Shown: positions 26,108 to 34,839 of the stretch, in pieces
Numbering within the stretch: the first letter of the stretch is position 1
How the letters are laid out: the number at the start of each line of letters is the position of its first letter
NCBI GenBank assembly: GCA_009699465.1
Contig: WLOE01000002.1
Location: 1-47,038 of the forward strand
Length of the DNA stretch: 47,038 bases
Reading direction: 5' to 3'
Source of the DNA: Actinomycetota bacterium
Lineage (GTDB): Bacteria > Actinomycetota > Actinomycetes > S36-B12
Notes under the pieces: model-generated
What the model saw: the letters and a program-made list of their open reading frames with translations, nothing else
The model's database searches: none
What the model was told of the DNA's origin: nothing
Position numbers and translations under genes: made by a program

Positions 26108-26439
26108 GAGTCACTCTCGTCCCCAACGGGCCAACCACGTATTGATCGCACCGCTTCAAAAGTCAACACAGATGCCAACGGCACCACGATGAAGAACAAC
26201 ACTTCGTCGATAGGGACACCCGCAATGACTTCCCAGCCGAGAATGAGGTCGAGATTAAAAAACCAATGCCCCTGAGAAATTGCATAGGCATCCCAGCAAA
26301 TAAACAGCACTAGGCCAGGGATGATGCAAAGGAGAAATCGCAATCCGCGTTTCAACACGCGCGTGCGTAGAAAGAATTCCAGCCACCCGCTGCCGATAAA
26401 AATGCAGACCAGAACGCCTACATAAGCCAGTTGAGACAT
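26104..26439 (-). CDS. crtYc: Lycopene cyclase domain protein (heterodimeric cyclase subunit)
   Basis: 111 aa from ATG 26439 (MSQLAYVGVLV...), with the GVPIDEVLFFIVVPL motif. The longer ORF-track form (to 26634) has an implausible N-terminus. Confidence 0.7.
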   Translation of the reverse strand: MSQLAYVGVLVCIFIGSGWLEFFLRTRVLKRGLRFLLCIIPGLVLFICWDAYAISQGHWFFNLDLILGWEVIAGVPIDEVLFFIVVPLASVLTFEAVRSIRGWPVGDESDS

Positions 26440-26456
26440 GGCGATACTCTCGCACA

Positions 26457-27023
26457 GTGGGAACCCAACTTCGCATAGCCATGATTGGTGGCGAATCAAC
26501 GGGCAAAACAACGCTTGCTCTCGGTCTTGCCGCCACATCACACGGTGTCGTGGTGAGCGAAGCGCTACGTGCATTCGTTGACGACCATGGCCGCACTCCC
26601 CTTCCGGAAGAGCAGCACTCAATTTTGCTGGCACAGCGAAGTCGCGAAATCGCCGCGAGCCAAGATCATCCGCACGCCACGATCGTGTGTGATCCAGCCA
26701 CCACTATGACCGCGATCTATAGCGAGCTCTACTTCAACGACTCGTCCCTTCGCATGCAAGCAATGGAATATGCGGCTGACTACGACGCGATACTTTGGTG
26801 TCGCCCCGATATTCCATGGGTCGCTGAGCCTGGACAACATGATGGGCCACAATTTCGTGAGGCAGCAGATCTGCTGATTTCTCAATGGCTCGATGACCTA
26901 CGAGTTGCAACTCCAGTACTAGAAATCACCGGCACCCAGGGTCGAATATTGATGGCTCGCGATTTGCTTGACGCGCAGTTCGGCAGCGTGTGGCAGCAGC
27001 CTGCGCCACGCTCGTCGACCTAG
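26457..27023 (+). CDS. Stand-alone NadR-C-terminal-like P-loop kinase (AAA_28; possible ribosylnicotinamide kinase)
   Basis: RIAMIGGESTGKTTLA Walker A. VCDPATTMTAIYSELYF and PDIPWVAEPGQHDG resemble the NadR RNK domain layout. GTG start at 26457. Confidence 0.5.
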   Translation: MGTQLRIAMIGGESTGKTTLALGLAATSHGVVVSEALRAFVDDHGRTPLPEEQHSILLAQRSREIAASQDHPHATIVCDPATTMTAIYSELYFNDSSLRMQAMEYAADYDAILWCRPDIPWVAEPGQHDGPQFREAADLLISQWLDDLRVATPVLEITGTQGRILMARDLLDAQFGSVWQQPAPRSST

Positions 27024-27033
27024 ACTGGTCCAA

Positions 27034-28905
27034 ATGGATCTGCAACCTGACGCACTCGTTGGCCAAATGGTCGATGGTCGCTATTTGGTGCAGGCAAAGT
27101 TGGCGCGCGGTGGCATGGCGACCGTTTATGAAGCCCTCGATGTACGACTAGATCGCATCGTCGCCCTCAAGGTGATGCATCGCCATTTGGCCGATGATCC
27201 CGATTTCGTGGCGCGCTTTCAGCGCGAGGCTCGCGCGGCTGCTCGCCTGGCTCATCCACACGTGGTTGGCGTCTTTGATCAAGGTTTCGCTGATGGCCTT
27301 ATTTACCTGGCAATGGAGTACGTGCCTGGTCGAACCCTTCGCGACATCATGCGCGACTTTGGACCATTAACTCCCGAGCAGGCACTTGTGATGCTTGATC
27401 CAATTCTTGAAGGGCTAGCGGCAGCGCATGCTGCAGGATTCGTGCATCGAGATATCAAACCTGAAAATGTGTTGGTATCTGATGATGGTCGAGTCAAAGT
27501 TGCCGACTTTGGATTAGCCCGTGCTGTTGCGACCTCAAATACCAGTGCAACCCAAGGCGTACTCATTGGCACCGTTGCGTACCTCTCTCCGGAACAAGTA
27601 GAACGCGGTGAAGCTGATGAGCGGTCAGATGTTTATGCGTCAGGAATCTTGTTGTACGAAATGGTCACCGGTCAGGTACCTCACGCAGGCGAGAGCCCAC
27701 TGTCTATTGCGTATCAACATGTCAATCAGGATGTACCTGCCCCTTCCACAGTTCATCCCGAAATTCCCGCTGATGTCGATGCGCTAGTCATCACAGCGAC
27801 TCGTCGCAATGCTGGACAGCGTTACCAACACACTGCCGATTTCTTAAGTGATGTGCGGCGTGTCCGTAGTGTGTTGCCCGCCCCTCGCCCATTCACTGAC
27901 ACCCGCACCACCTTGGTAGTAGATGCCAGCACAAACGCTCGAATGGCCGCAGGTGGACGGCCACCTACCCCGCCCTCTTCCAATGTTGGTGGCCTCTTTA
28001 GCGACAGGCGAAAGCACACTTCACGTCGACTTGTTGCTGTTGTTGTGGCCATTGCGGCAATTATCGCGGCGATCCTTGCTGGATGGCTGGTCGCCAATGC
28101 TCTCGGCAGCAAAGTGCCAACCCCAAATGTGGTCGGACAATCTGTTGAGATTGCTCGCACCACTCTTGCTACACGTGGGTTGACTTTGGAAATCTCCACT
28201 GAGCAGTTCAGTGAAACGGTGGCTGCCAACACAGTGCTGGCAACTGACCCGGTCGCTGGTGATGGAATCAAAGAGAACAGCGCTGTAAGCGCAACGGTGT
28301 CCAAGGGGCCCGAGCGTTACACAGTTCCCGATGTACATGGAAAATCGACGGCGTCGGCAACCACCACATTGAGTGCGCTACCAATAACCGTGGGAACACA
28401 AACCCAAGTGTTCGATAACACAGCACCGCTCGGCACTGTGGCTGGAACAGATCCCCCAGCGGGATCCAGCGTTAAGCGCGACACAGTGATCAATCTTTTG
28501 ATCTCCAAAGGCCCAGAACCGGTTGCGATCCCTGAAGTCGTTGGCAAGAAACTTGTCGGCGCTACTGCAGAGCTCACGGCCGTTGGATTAGAACCGACCA
28601 TCACACGTGAGTATTCAGAAACTGTCGCAAAGGGACGAGTGCTGTCCGTTACTCCAACAGCAGGCACCACCGTGAACTCCGGAACAGGAGTACAACTTCT
28701 CGTGTCTGATGGACCACCACCAGTTGTAGTTCCTAAATTGATTGATATGCGCCGCAGTGACGCTGTGGCTGCCCTACGCAAGCTTGGCCTGAAGGCTAAG
28801 GTCATCGCTGGTCAGGCAACACCGCTGAACCGCGTATATTCACAAAATCCTGCTCCGGGAACAGAGATTCCTAAAGGCAGCACCGTCACGATCAGCGTGA
28901 TTTAG
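27034..28905 (+). CDS. pknL: Ser/Thr protein kinase with a TM segment and four extracellular PASTA repeats
   Basis: GGMATVYEA, VALKVM, HRDIKPENVL, DFGLA and GTVAYLSPEQ. TM segment LVAVVVAIAAIIAAILAGWLV. PASTA-like repeats start at VPTPNVVGQS, VPDVHGKS, IPEVVGKK and VPKLIDMR. Syntenic with Rv2176 and C. glutamicum pknL. Confidence 0.8.
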   Translation: MDLQPDALVGQMVDGRYLVQAKLARGGMATVYEALDVRLDRIVALKVMHRHLADDPDFVARFQREARAAARLAHPHVVGVFDQGFADGLIYLAMEYVPGRTLRDIMRDFGPLTPEQALVMLDPILEGLAAAHAAGFVHRDIKPENVLVSDDGRVKVADFGLARAVATSNTSATQGVLIGTVAYLSPEQVERGEADERSDVYASGILLYEMVTGQVPHAGESPLSIAYQHVNQDVPAPSTVHPEIPADVDALVITATRRNAGQRYQHTADFLSDVRRVRSVLPAPRPFTDTRTTLVVDASTNARMAAGGRPPTPPSSNVGGLFSDRRKHTSRRLVAVVVAIAAIIAAILAGWLVANALGSKVPTPNVVGQSVEIARTTLATRGLTLEISTEQFSETVAANTVLATDPVAGDGIKENSAVSATVSKGPERYTVPDVHGKSTASATTTLSALPITVGTQTQVFDNTAPLGTVAGTDPPAGSSVKRDTVINLLISKGPEPVAIPEVVGKKLVGATAELTAVGLEPTITREYSETVAKGRVLSVTPTAGTTVNSGTGVQLLVSDGPPPVVVPKLIDMRRSDAVAALRKLGLKAKVIAGQATPLNRVYSQNPAPGTEIPKGSTVTISVI

Positions 28906-29338
28906 CTTCAAACTCCAACAAGTTACTCTTCAATTCCAATCCGAATTGATAACCACCTATGCCGTTGCTCGCAACAATGCGGTGGCAGGGAACAAAAAGT
29001 GCGATCTGATTACTTCCACAAGCAGTTCCTGCTGCGCGAGCCGCACCGGGGGATCCCGCGTCCATTGCTAATTCGCCATAACTTGCCACTTCTCCTGCGG
29101 GAATTTCCCGCATGCTCTCCCAGACACGTTGCCGAAAGGGCGAGCCTGGCTGTTGCACAGCAACCGTGGTGAGCACATCAACTTCACCGGCGAGATACCG
29201 ATGGATCACTGAACTGATCGCAACCGGAATTCCGTCATGGGCACCCGCAACTCGATCAAAGGTGCCCCGCACCACAACATCATCGACTACCACCACGGTG
29301 AATGGTCGATCGAAGACTTCAAAGGTTTCGATCTGCAT
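28892..29338 (-). CDS. ogt: Methylated-DNA--protein-cysteine methyltransferase
   Basis: Active-site VPCHRIV, 148 aa. Lies 3 nt downstream of aroG. Confidence 0.85.
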   Translation of the reverse strand: MQIETFEVFDRPFTVVVVDDVVVRGTFDRVAGAHDGIPVAISSVIHRYLAGEVDVLTTVAVQQPGSPFRQRVWESMREIPAGEVASYGELAMDAGSPGAARAAGTACGSNQIALFVPCHRIVASNGIGGYQFGLELKSNLLEFEAKSR

Positions 29339-29341
29339 GAA

Positions 29342-30691
29342 CTACTTCTGCAGGAGCATGTCTGCAACAAGAAACGCTAGTTCAAGGCTTTGTTCGCGGT
29401 TCAATCGCGGATCGCAAGCCGTTTCGTAGCGCTCTCCTAGGCCCGTTTCAAGGACTCCACCGGTACCACCTACACATTCGGTGACGTCATCGCCCGTCAG
29501 TTCAATGTGCAGACCGCCTGGGTGGGAACCTATGCTGCGATGCACTTCAAAGAAGCCTTTGACTTCATCGACAATGTCGTCAAATGAGCGGGTCTTGTGT
29601 CCTGATGCTGCTTCGCGAGTATTGCCGTGCATCGGATCACATACCCACACCACTGGAACACCACTGTCTTCAACCTTTTGCACAATCGCAGGGAGCGTTC
29701 CGCGAATCTTTCCGGCGCCCATGCGAATGATGAAGGTCAAGCGGCCTGGTATGCGATCAGGGTTCAATCGGTGTGCAATCTCCAACACTTCTTCAGGAGT
29801 TGCGGTCGGTCCGACCTTAACGCCGACTGGGTTGTGAATGGTTTCGGCGAATTGCACATGGGCAGCATCGAGCTGACGGGTGCGCTCACCGATCCAAACA
29901 AAGTGACCTGAAACGTCGTACGGGTTGCCCGTGCGCGAATCAATGCGGGTCAACGCGCGTTCGTAATCAATGGATAGCGCCTCATGTGCAGCGTAGAACT
30001 CAACGCGCTGAAATTCATCAGGGTTGGCACCACATGCATTCATGAAAGCTAATGCACGATCAATATCAGCTGCCATCGCTTCGTAACGCTCCCCTGCTTG
30101 GGAATCGCGCACGAAGTCTTGATTCCAGGAATGCACCTGGCGAAGGTCTGCGTAACCGCCTTGAGTGAACGCACGCACAAGATTCAACGCGGAACTAGAT
30201 GCGTTGTAGGCGCGAACAAGATTGTGCGCATCAGGGCGCCGGGCGGCTTCCTCAAACTCGATTGAGTTCACAGCATCGCCGAAGTAGGAGTACAACTCGA
30301 CGCCATCGCGAGTTTCCATTGGCATACTGCGTGGCTTGAAGTACTGACCGGCCATGCGACCCATCTTGACTACTGGCATCGATGCTGCGTAAGTCAAAAC
30401 AACTGACATCTGCAGCACCGTTTGCAAACGCGCACGGATGGAATTAGCGGTATTGGCTTCGAAAGTTTCAGCACAGTCACCACCCATGAGAACAAATGCG
30501 TTTCCTAAGGCCGCAGCCGACAACCGCTCACGCAAGAGGTCGCACTCACCGGCAAAGACAAGCGGCGGCAAGGCACTGAGCTCAGCAACAGCAGCTGCCA
30601 ATTCAGCGGCATCAGGCCAAGGTGGCTGCTGGTACGCAGGTAAATCCGGCCATTGCAAAGCCGCAGAAACCTGTGAATTGGAAGCCATCAT
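29342..30691 (-). CDS. aroG: Class II 3-deoxy-7-phosphoheptulonate (DAHP) synthase
   Basis: 449 aa. WPDLPAYQQPPWPD N-terminus, KPRS, IGERTRQ and CDPMHGNT motifs. Syntenic with Rv2178c. Confidence 0.9.
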   Translation of the reverse strand: MMASNSQVSAALQWPDLPAYQQPPWPDAAELAAAVAELSALPPLVFAGECDLLRERLSAAALGNAFVLMGGDCAETFEANTANSIRARLQTVLQMSVVLTYAASMPVVKMGRMAGQYFKPRSMPMETRDGVELYSYFGDAVNSIEFEEAARRPDAHNLVRAYNASSSALNLVRAFTQGGYADLRQVHSWNQDFVRDSQAGERYEAMAADIDRALAFMNACGANPDEFQRVEFYAAHEALSIDYERALTRIDSRTGNPYDVSGHFVWIGERTRQLDAAHVQFAETIHNPVGVKVGPTATPEEVLEIAHRLNPDRIPGRLTFIIRMGAGKIRGTLPAIVQKVEDSGVPVVWVCDPMHGNTREAASGHKTRSFDDIVDEVKGFFEVHRSIGSHPGGLHIELTGDDVTECVGGTGGVLETGLGERYETACDPRLNREQSLELAFLVADMLLQK

Positions 30692-30735
30692 GGTGGTAAG
30701 GGTATTGCAGGTACGTGACCTTGAATTCCTCGGGA

Positions 30736-31761
30736 TTACCCGAAGAACGCCGACGCTTCTACATAACGCTCAATTGGCACGGTCTTCAATACGCCTGTTG
30801 CTGCCTCAAGCGGAACGCGAACAATGTCGGTGCCCGAAAGTGCAACCATCTTGCCCCAGTCGCCATCTTTGACCGCCTCAATGGCATTGAGACCAAAGCG
30901 AGTAGCGAGAACTCGGTCAAATGGCGTTGGTGTGCCACCACGCTGGATATGGCCGAGCACCGTGGTGCGTGCTTCGTAACCGGTCCGTGCCTCGATTTCA
31001 GTGGCAAGCCATTCACCAATACCCGAAAGCTTTACATGTCCGAAAGCATCGAGGGTCTGATCCTTGGTCACCAAGTTGCCGCCAGCTGGCAGCGCACCTT
31101 CGGAAACACAAATGATTGGTGCATAGCTGGCCTTGAAGCGTGACTCGACCCAGCCCACAACCTCGTCCATGTCGAATGGAACTTCAGGAATCAAAATGCC
31201 ATTGGCTCCACCAGCCATACCTGCGTGCAAAGCGATCCAACCTGCGTGACGACCCATCACTTCACAAATCAAGATGCGGTGATGTGACTCGGCAGTGGTG
31301 TGCAAACGGTCTATGGCTTCTGTTGCAATAGTGACTGCAGTGTCAAAACCAAAGGTGTAGTCCGTGGCACTGAGATCGTTGTCGATCGTCTTTGGCACAC
31401 CCACAACATGGAATCCATGTTCGGTGAGCTTGGTAGCAACTCCGAGTGTGTCTTCGCCGCCGATGGCGATCAATGCGTCGATGCCAAGATCTTTCAGATT
31501 CCTTTCAATTCGCTCTATTCCACCTTCAACCTTGATGGGGTTGGTGCGCGAGGAGCCAAGGATCGTGCCGCCGCGAGGAAGAATGCCGCGCACTGCTGCG
31601 ATGTCCAGCGGCATGGTGACGCCTTCAAGTGGTCCACGCCAGCCATCGCGAAAGCCCACGAATTCGTAGCCATAGTCAGAAATGCCCCGTCGTACCGATG
31701 CGCGGATCACCGCATTGAGACCTGGGCAGTCGCCGCCGCCAGTGAGCACTCCAACGCGCAT
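30736..31761 (-). CDS. pfkA: 6-phosphofructokinase, family A; sequence signature suggests PPi dependence
   Basis: MRVGVLTGGGDCPGLNAVIR, IGGEDT, PKTIDND, MGRHAGW and GHIQRGG. Start re-picked at ATG 31761 behind GAGGGAGAA. Confidence 0.85.
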   Translation of the reverse strand: MRVGVLTGGGDCPGLNAVIRASVRRGISDYGYEFVGFRDGWRGPLEGVTMPLDIAAVRGILPRGGTILGSSRTNPIKVEGGIERIERNLKDLGIDALIAIGGEDTLGVATKLTEHGFHVVGVPKTIDNDLSATDYTFGFDTAVTIATEAIDRLHTTAESHHRILICEVMGRHAGWIALHAGMAGGANGILIPEVPFDMDEVVGWVESRFKASYAPIICVSEGALPAGGNLVTKDQTLDAFGHVKLSGIGEWLATEIEARTGYEARTTVLGHIQRGGTPTPFDRVLATRFGLNAIEAVKDGDWGKMVALSGTDIVRVPLEAATGVLKTVPIERYVEASAFFG

Positions 31762-31778
31762 GTTTCTCCCTCTGTCGA

Positions 31779-31788
31779 TCACATGTGA
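31779..31788. promoter_or_regulatory. Perfect 10-bp palindrome TCACATGTGA, 18 nt upstream of pfkA
   Basis: Read directly from the sequence. Candidate operator; the binding factor is unknown. Confidence 0.3.
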
Positions 31789-31797
31789 CCGAGCGAT

Positions 31798-31846
31798 GTG
31801 TACGGTCCATGAGAACATGTAACCGCTGTCATGGATAACCGTACAC
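31798..31846 (-). other. Interrupted long hairpin between the plsC stop and the pfkA start
   Basis: GTGTACGGT (31798..31806) pairs with ACCGTACAC (31838..31846). A nested CCATGA/TCATGG pair lies inside, offset by a 3-nt bulge. No U-tract follows. Confidence 0.4.
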
Positions 31847-31870
31847 GACCCGGTAGACCTTGCCTAGTGT

Positions 31871-32587
31871 TTATTCCTCGGTGCCCGCGCTGGATGCATC
31901 TGCCGGCAGGCCACGAGCGATGAGCTCTTTGGCCTTGGTGGCATAAATATCAACGTACTGCTGTCCCGAGAGGGTTTGTACCGCGTACATCACCTCGTCA
32001 GTAACGGAACGCAAAATGAAACGGTCTTCCTCTTGCCCGTAATAACGGCTGAAATCCATCGGGGTGCCGATCCGGATACCCACCCGACCCAAGCTGGGCT
32101 TTATCGCTCCTGGCGGCTGGATCTCATACGTATTAATCATCGCGACTGGCACGATGGCAACCTGCGATTCCAAGGCCATCCGAGCAACTCCCGTACGGCC
32201 GCGAAACAACGTGCCATTTGGTGAGCGAGTGCCTTCGGGATAAATACCCAAAAGTCCACCGCCCCGCAAGATGCGCTGTGCCGTGCGCAAGGCAGCTTCA
32301 CTTGCCCTGCCGCCCGAGCGGTCAATGGCTACCTGCCCGACTCCCGCAAAGAAGGACTTCGTCAACCAGCCCTGAATACCCTTACCGGTGAAGTACTCGC
32401 TCTTGGCCAGAAAGGCAATATGACGAGGCACCACGAGCGGCAAAAAGAACGAATCTGAGAAGGACACATGGTTACTCACCATGATGGCTCCGCCATTCTT
32501 TGGCACGTTTTCCAAACCTTCAACCCATGGGCGAAACAGGATCCGCAACCAAGGCCCAATGACCAAGGTCTTGAAAAACCAGTACAT
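31871..32587 (-). CDS. plsC: 1-acyl-sn-glycerol-3-phosphate acyltransferase
   Basis: NHVSFSDS (HX4D) and YPEGTRS motifs. Syntenic with Rv2182c. Start MYWFFK at 32587; an alternative is 32608. Confidence 0.8.
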   Translation of the reverse strand: MYWFFKTLVIGPWLRILFRPWVEGLENVPKNGGAIMVSNHVSFSDSFFLPLVVPRHIAFLAKSEYFTGKGIQGWLTKSFFAGVGQVAIDRSGGRASEAALRTAQRILRGGGLLGIYPEGTRSPNGTLFRGRTGVARMALESQVAIVPVAMINTYEIQPPGAIKPSLGRVGIRIGTPMDFSRYYGQEEDRFILRSVTDEVMYAVQTLSGQQYVDIYATKAKELIARGLPADASSAGTEE

Positions 32588-32675
32588 CACTGGAATCACT
32601 CCTACCAACGCCCAAGGACCGTGCGCCCTTACAGTGGCAGACTATCGCCATGGTCGTTGTGTTCGGCAGTCATCC

Positions 32676-33101
32676 ATGAGCACTAACCCCGGCGAGCCGG
32701 ACGAAAATGCAGCCTGGGCTGCCATCGTCGCCGACCTTTCCCAAGACCCACATTTGGTGCGCCATACATTCATCACCCCGCCCACCACACCCGAGCCTGA
32801 TGCTCAACGAGAAGATCCAGATGCAGATGACGTGTTCATCAATGCCTTACTTGATGAAGGTCATGAAGAGTTTGAACCACCAGATCCCGGGCCGCTGGAA
32901 CTTCCCGCTCACCCGGTAGCGCGTTTTGCTTGGGCCGGGGCTCTTGGCGGGCCGGTGGTGTTGGTGCTTTCCAGCTCCTTGGGCTGGGGAAAACTCATTT
33001 CTGGTCTGGCTATTGCGGCATCCGCTCTTGGGTTTGTCACGTTAATCGCTCGTCATTCTGATGAACGCAAAGATGGCGACAATGACGGCGCCGTCGTGTG
33101 A
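32676..33101 (+). CDS. Hypothetical acidic, Pro-rich protein with C-terminal TM helices
   Basis: 141 aa from ATG 32676. The AAWAAIVADL...FEPPDPGPLELP...two hydrophobic helices...DGAVV layout resembles a conserved actinobacterial hypothetical protein. The long ORF-track form would overlap plsC. Confidence 0.45.
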   Translation: MSTNPGEPDENAAWAAIVADLSQDPHLVRHTFITPPTTPEPDAQREDPDADDVFINALLDEGHEEFEPPDPGPLELPAHPVARFAWAGALGGPVVLVLSSSLGWGKLISGLAIAASALGFVTLIARHSDERKDGDNDGAVV

Positions 33102-33110
33102 CGTTGCATG

Positions 33111-33377
33111 CTACTTCGGTGGATCTAGTTCAATCCAGGTAAACGAGAGGTCCTCACTTGACTGCGGTGCACTTGTTGATTGTTGAAAGAGTTGCATCGC
33201 TTTACACAGCAGACAGGTTGGATGATCCGCAGGATTCGCGTGTGCCTGATGCGTCGTGAGAAGCGAATCTCGCGCCCACTCGATGATTTGCTGTGCGCCC
33301 TGAGCCATGCCGGCGAGATCGAATGAACTACTCGAAGACTCTTCTCCAGAAAACCACCATGGCTTACTGCTACTCAT
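33111..33377 (-). CDS. Small hypothetical protein (possibly DUF5304-like)
   Basis: 88 aa. ATGA overlap with the ArsA-like stop. Ser-rich N-terminus and an H...CLLC segment. The family assignment is from memory only. Confidence 0.4.
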   Translation of the reverse strand: MSSSKPWWFSGEESSSSSFDLAGMAQGAQQIIEWARDSLLTTHQAHANPADHPTCLLCKAMQLFQQSTSAPQSSEDLSFTWIELDPPK

Positions 33378-34411
33378 GGCTGTTCCCGCCAAACCTTGGG
33401 GTCAGGAACAAACTTCAGCACCAATGAACCTGAAACCATTCCCCCACTTGTAATCAGGCATCGTTTCAACACTGCTGGAAGTTCCAATTGCCGTCGATAG
33501 CCATCGCAGATCACGAGTAGCAAATCACCACGTCGCCCTACTTGTACATCGGCACCGGCACGCAAGGTGAACGTTAAGGAGTATCCCTTTTTCGTTTCGC
33601 GTACTGACCACACATCAGCGAGAATACGATCTTCTTCGACTAGCACCTCACGTAATGGACCAAGCCACTTCATGACCTTTGCTGGCTTGGGCTCGCCCTT
33701 CGCCGCCATGGGAAGAACCACAACCGGTACACCAATTCCGTCAACGACTGCAACAGCTTTTTTTACCGAGCGACTGATGAGTTTCGTATCACTTTTATTC
33801 GCTGCCGGAACTTTGTTCAGCACAACAGCTGCCGGGTTACAGCCGTACAAGCGCATCGCTCCACTTGCTCGTATCAAAGCGTCTGCATCATTGAGTGTTC
33901 CAACAAGAACACTTTGTGCTTCATGTACGAGATCTCGAGCCGCACTCACATGCGTCACAAGTCCGTACCAGGCCGTGATCAATGCAGTGGGATCAGGCGC
34001 AGATATTTGAGCCGCTACTGGCCCCGTAAGTAGTCGATCCAGCAGCACTGGAACCGTGTCGAGCAACTGCAAAGTGCGTAGCGCTTCACGTGAGGAACCC
34101 ATGTCCCACACCACAACATCAATATTTGAATTGCGGATGGCATCGGCAACCAAAACCCCAGTGATGAGCTCATTCAGCCCAACAAGCCCTTCTAATTCCT
34201 GTGCTGCAAGCGTCGATGCGCCAAGACTTTGTAACCACACACCAAAGGTGCTCACTGCGTCTGACCACACCTGAGACGTTCCCAAGGGTGCCGCAATGCT
34301 GGAATCAATTTCCGCCGTGGAATAACCTTCCTCGCGCAAACTGCGAGCTAGTCCTTGTGCAACCGTGGTGATACCAGCACCACCCGCACCACTTACAAGA
34401 AGCAGAGTCAT
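33374..34411 (-). CDS. ArsA/Get3-fold protein with a degenerate P-loop and a C-terminal ArsA_HSP20-like domain
   Basis: LLVSGAGGAGITTVA occupies the place of GKGGVGKTT. DVVVWDMGSS occupies the place of the DTAPTGHT region. The C-terminal beta-rich YSLTFTLRAGADVQVGRRGDLLLVICDGYRRQLELP segment is present. Syntenic with Rv2184c. Confidence 0.6.
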   Translation of the reverse strand: MTLLLVSGAGGAGITTVAQGLARSLREEGYSTAEIDSSIAAPLGTSQVWSDAVSTFGVWLQSLGASTLAAQELEGLVGLNELITGVLVADAIRNSNIDVVVWDMGSSREALRTLQLLDTVPVLLDRLLTGPVAAQISAPDPTALITAWYGLVTHVSAARDLVHEAQSVLVGTLNDADALIRASGAMRLYGCNPAAVVLNKVPAANKSDTKLISRSVKKAVAVVDGIGVPVVVLPMAAKGEPKPAKVMKWLGPLREVLVEEDRILADVWSVRETKKGYSLTFTLRAGADVQVGRRGDLLLVICDGYRRQLELPAVLKRCLITSGGMVSGSLVLKFVPDPKVWREQP

Positions 34412-34839
34412 GACTGCTCCACTCGGGCTTTTAAGCCCTTCAATGCCGTATCAATGATGGTCTTTTCAGCCATACGCTTCATCATGCCCAGCATTGGTAT
34501 TTTGATGTCAACGGTCAGTGCGTATGCCACTTCCGTGCCGCCGTCACCCAAATCGCGCAAAGAGTAAGAGCCGTCCATCAGTGACAACACCGTCGCGTCA
34601 ACAAGGTGCCACTCAACGAAATCTGATTTCCATGAATAAGAAAGCTCATAGGTGTCTTTGATCATGCCTGCATCGAGAACAAAACGCGCCAATGTCGGGC
34701 GATTCTTATCTGTCTCGAGCACGTCCACCGATGCGATGCCCTCACTCCACTGCGGATAGGAATTTAGGTCTGCAATAACGTCCAAGATCGCACTTGACGT
34801 TGCTTCAATGACAATCGTTGATTCAGTGCGATCAGCCAT
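34408..34839 (-). CDS. SRPBCC (polyketide cyclase/dehydrase-like, TB16.3-like) protein
   Basis: 143 aa from ATG 34839. STIVIEATSSAILDVIADLNSYPQWSEGI is typical of this family. ATGA overlap with the next gene. Syntenic with Rv2185c. Confidence 0.65.
   Translation of the reverse strand: MADRTESTIVIEATSSAILDVIADLNSYPQWSEGIASVDVLETDKNRPTLARFVLDAGMIKDTYELSYSWKSDFVEWHLVDATVLSLMDGSYSLRDLGDGGTEVAYALTVDIKIPMLGMMKRMAEKTIIDTALKGLKARVEQS

Noticed and set aside
33374-34411. The ArsA-like gene as part of an arsenic or antimonite resistance system.
   Set aside because: No arsR, arsB, acr3 or arsC lies nearby. It has a single, not duplicated, ATPase domain, and the P-loop lysines and TGHT-type motif are missing. 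The context is the conserved Rv2184c-like operon.
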